Below, piece by piece: positions 60,201 to 64,000 of a DNA stretch of 64,000 bases (positions are counted from its first letter, which is position 1; every line of letters starts with the position of its first letter). The stretch is taken from the NCBI GenBank assembly GCA_002269645.1, contig NIVC01000108.1:516963-580962 (forward strand), given 5' to 3'. The notes under the pieces are model-generated. The model did not search any database, was not told where the DNA came from, and saw only the letters and a program-made list of their open reading frames with translations. The position numbers were made by a program, and so were the translations under genes. The stretch comes from Macrostomum lignano. Taxonomy: Eukaryota.

Positions 60201-60949
60201 CTCTTCTTAACCTAAAGCATTTAGTAAGGCTCAGAAGAGGCCACCTCAACTGTTTGCTCAAGTTGCCAACTCGCTAGTTTCAATGACGATTACGTTGTAT
60301 TTCTGTTCTGTCCTATGATTTCTTTGCTTTAAAAAAATATTTCAGTTACCTTTCATGGTTACGAGTATTCAGACAATTTTTTGCTTTTGAACAAGAACTC
60401 AAAGAGCTGAAGTTTCACTGAAATTCTTCACTTCTTCGGCTTGTGGCAAAACTCGCGTCAGTTCGAGACACCGCTGCGGTTTTGTAAAAGAAGACAACTT
60501 AGCGCGCAGCAAGAGCAGCAAAACTTGCCGTTTGCTTTGGCGGAGAAAATTTCTAGCAGGTTAAAGTGGCTGCTTTTAACACATTTTTTTCTTTTTCGGT
60601 TCGCAAAGGCAGAGGGCGCGCACACGAGCTGCGACTGGGGGCCCTTTGGGGGCCAAAGGGATTAAAAAATGTATGGGAAGCAGCGGCAGGGGTCCAAAAA
60701 ATCAACAGTTTGTTTCCGAGCGCCAGTGCGAGGCAGACTTTGAAGAAATTGTTCACAAGAAAGGAAAGGAATAGCAATATTGATTAATATACCGGTTAAC
60801 ATGCAACACTGAAGCAGGGCAGAGGCAATTAATCTGGTAACTTGTCTGCTGGTAGCTGTCAGTCCGGTGCATTGTGTTGCCCTCACCTGTTGATGAGGAA
60901 TATCGCTCACCAATCAATAATTGTCAGTAACTCTAGGATCTACGAGTCG

Positions 60950-61125
60950 GCCCTCCTCTAGAATCACCCTTAGAATCTCCTCTAGAATCGTCCCTCTAGA
61001 ATCGCCCTCTAGAATCGCCCTCTAGAATTGCCCTCTAGAATCGCCTCCTAGAATCGCTCTCTAGAATCGCCCCTCTAGAATCGCCCCTCAAAAATCGCCC
61101 CCTAGAATCGCCCGGAATCGCCCCT
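60950..61125. repeat. 13-14 bp tandem repeat (TCTAGAATCGCCC)n
   Basis: Tandem units. Confidence 0.85.
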
Positions 61126-61729
61126 CGCCAGTCCGAGGCTGCTCAGCAGTTCATGAGTTGACTCAGCGCATCTTCCGCTTGCTGCCGCTGCAGAGGTGGC
61201 AGGCCCCAGTGCAGCGGTGGCAGATCAATGGCGGCTGGCAGCTGGGTGCCTCATCGGCTGAGGTTCATCCATTCCGCAGCGCCGCCTCCGCCGTCCGCCC
61301 TGAGGATGTGCAGTAGCCGTTATTTATTTGTTGGAACTTTCCATGTCCAATTGCATGGCTGCGCTGCATCAAGCATGAGGACCCCAGCTGACACTTGACT
61401 GGCAGCCCGCACGGACGGAGCAGGGAGGGTCCGCGAACCCCCGGGACCGGTCTGTGTTCGCATTCAAGTGGCTCCCAAGATTTACAAATGCATCATTCAC
61501 GGTGTCTAGACACGGTCATTGTCGGGATAACAGGACTGCGACCGTAACTATTGTCTGGCACTGCATTTCAATTGTTGCTATGCAGATCAAGTTCACCTGC
61601 CGAGTGTAATTGATTAAGTTTATTGCATAAAAACCTGCACGCTATGATATGTGATGGAATGTCACAGGGGAGGATGGATGCAGCAACAGAGATCCCGTTG
61701 TCCCCTCGGATCTGAGGTGACACTCCTGA

Positions 61730-62700
61730 GACCCAAACTGACACAACTCAGATCCGAACTGACACACCTCAGATTCGAACTGACACCCCTCAGATCCAGA
61801 CTGACACACTTCCCGATCTAGACTGACACACCTCAGATACAGACTGACACACTTCCATCTAGACTGACACACTTCAGATCCGAACTGACCCCTTCAGATC
61901 CAGACTGACACACTTCAGATCCAGACTGACACACTTCAGATCCGAACTGACACCCTCAGATCCAGACTGACACACTTCAGATCCAGAGTGACACACCTCA
62001 GATCCAGACTGACACACCTCAGATCTAGACTGACACACCTCAGATCCGCACTGACACACTTCAGATCCAGACTGACACACTTCAGATCCAGACTGACACA
62101 CTTCAATCCGAACTGACACCCTCAGATCCAGAGTGACACACCTCAGATCCAGAACTGACACACTTCAGATCCGAACTGACACCCCTCAGATCCAGACTGA
62201 CACACTTCAGATCCAGAGTGACACACCTCAGATCCAGACTGACACACCTCAGATCTAGACTGACACACCTCAGATCCGCACTGACACCCCTCAGATCCAG
62301 ACTGACACACTTCAGATCCAGACTGAACACTTCAGATCCGAACTGACACCCCTCAGATCCAGACTGACACACTTCAGATCCAGACTGACACACCTCAGAT
62401 CCAGACTGACACACCTCAGATCTAGACTGACACACCTCAGATCCGCACTGACACCCCTCAGCATCCATACTGACACACTTCAGATCCAGACTGACACACT
62501 TCAGATCCGAACTGACACCCCTTCAGATCCAGACTGACACACTTCAGATCCAGACTGACACACTTCAGATCCGAACTGACACCCCTCAGATCCAGACTGA
62601 CACACTTCAGATCCAGAGTGACACACCTCAGATCCAGACTGACACACCTCAGATCTAGACTGACACACCTCAGATCCGCACTGACACCTTTTAGATCTGA
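61730..62700. repeat. 21-bp minisatellite (CTTCAGATCCAGACTGACACA)n
   Basis: Tandem units with recurring variant blocks. Confidence 0.93.
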
Positions 62701-63120
62701 ACTGAGGTCTTCAGATGTACCTGCGCTACATCGTAAGTGGCTGCATCAAGTTAATGCAAACTGCGTAAAAGAAAAAATGTGGAATCCACATTGGAAAGTT
62801 TCACCACAGTTGGTAACATTTGCGAGAAGCGTCTTTTGCGAACTGATAGCTAAAATATGCGTTGCAACAGGCCAGAACACTGGAGTTCGACAACTTCAGC
62901 TTTAACAAGAAAAACTCGCAACACTTCGAAAATGTCAAGTGCCCGGGAGGCATCCTCAAGCGGCCCTACTGACTCTGCGAAATTCCCAAGCCATTCGACT
63001 GCGACATTTGGCTCACCTGTCATAGGCGAGGCCCTGGCGCGTCCCGGAATCCCTTGGCAAACGGGTTCCTCTCGATCTTCAGCTTGGTTATCTGCGGAGT
63101 CGGAGGTGGGTTGGCTGCGT

Positions 63121-63380
63121 CAGGGGCTAGCCAGGATTTTTTTTTGGGGGTATCGGTTAGCTGTTATCAGAAAGCAAGGCTTGAGATCCACATATCCCCT
63201 TAATGTATTTCTAGTGCATAATACATATAATTACTCTATTTGTTTGTTAATTGTTATTCTTTCGATTTGGATACCTTTCTCTTCCTTAACGTCACAATTG
63301 CAACTGAAAAAAGGAAAAAAATGTTGCTTTGGAAATTTGGGGTATCGGCCGATATACCGATACCCCCCTCGCTACCCCTG
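63121..63380. mobile_element. Putative non-autonomous TIR element (MITE, hAT-like ends), 260 bp
   Basis: Left end CAGGGGCTAGC and right end GCTACCCCTG are inverted apart from one base. Flanks GGCTGCGT / GCTGGCGT are a near, not exact, 8-bp TSD. The interior is AT-rich. Confidence 0.5.
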
Positions 63381-63489
63381 GCTGGCGTTGCTAAAAATGG
63401 GACGAGTTCAAGAAAGTAAGGAATATAAAAGGAGAGAAAGGAAGACAAGGTCTGAAAGAGATGGCAAGGGTGACAAGAGAGGCGGGGGA

Positions 63490-64000
63490 GAGATAAGAGA
63501 GCATAGAGAGATAAGAGAGCAGTAGAGAGATAAGAGAGCAGGAGAGATAAGAGAGCATAGAGAGATAAGAGAGCAGTAGAGAGATAGAGAGCAGGGAGAT
63601 AAGAGAGCAGGAGAGATAAGAGAGCAGGGAGAGATAAGAGAGCAGGTAGAAATAAGAGAGCAGGTAGAGATAGAGAGAAGTAGAGATAAGAGAGCAGAGA
63701 GATAAGAGAGCAGGTAGAAATAGAGAGCAGGTGAGAATAAGAGAGCAGGTAGAGATAAGAGAGCAGGAGAGATAAGAGAGCAGGAGAGATAAGAGAGCAG
63801 GTAGAAATAAGAGAGCAGGGAGAGATAAGAGAGCAGGGAGATATAAGAGAGCGGCAGAGATAAGAGAGCAGGTAAAATAAGAGAGCAGGTAGAGATAAGA
63901 GAGAAGGTAGAGATAAGAGAGCAGAGAGATAGAAGCAAGAGATAAGAGAGCAGAGAGATAAGAGAGCAGAGATATAAGAGAGCAGGGGAGAGATAAGAGA
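63490..64000. repeat. Polypurine about 15-18 bp tandem repeat (GAGATAAGAGAGCAG)n, running off the window
   Basis: Direct observation. Confidence 0.93.

Noticed and set aside
62868-62972. Possible terminal exon ARTLEFDNFSFNKKNSQHFENVKCPGGILKRPY*
   Set aside because: No upstream exons or recognisable homology were found, so it cannot be supported.

Overview
Eukaryotic (metazoan) genomic DNA, not prokaryotic. GC-rich, GT-AG spliced exons sit in AT-rich spacers, and almost every larger intron holds its own minisatellite. The style suggests a free-living flatworm such as Macrostomum, which is inference only. Genes reconstructed by hand: an RPGR orthologue (-, 7440-13446, 9 exons, C-terminal CaaX), two tandem MAP9-like coiled-coil genes (-, 14400-15791 and 18323-28765), a divergent EFCAB6-like multi-EF-hand gene (+, 31043-38448), a small secreted 8-Cys orphan protein (41012-41368), an unidentified intronless ORF (42659-43756), an FMRFamide-receptor-like GPCR (-, 47546-50934) and a parvin (+, 53891-57785, with two 1-bp G deletions). 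Mobile DNA: a young Mag-type Ty3/gypsy LTR element (23337-27864, 5-bp TSD, TG...AA termini) inside a satellite in a MAP9-like intron, a frameshifted Merlin/IS1595-type transposase, a probable Helitron 3' end, a gag relic and a small TIR element. The most notable signals are the four-gene cluster of cilium/axoneme-associated homologues with an RFX X-box, the one-private-minisatellite-per-intron architecture (including duplicated splice-donor sequences), and the orphan secreted protein. All identifications come from remembered motifs; no database search was run. Repeat boundaries are approximate.
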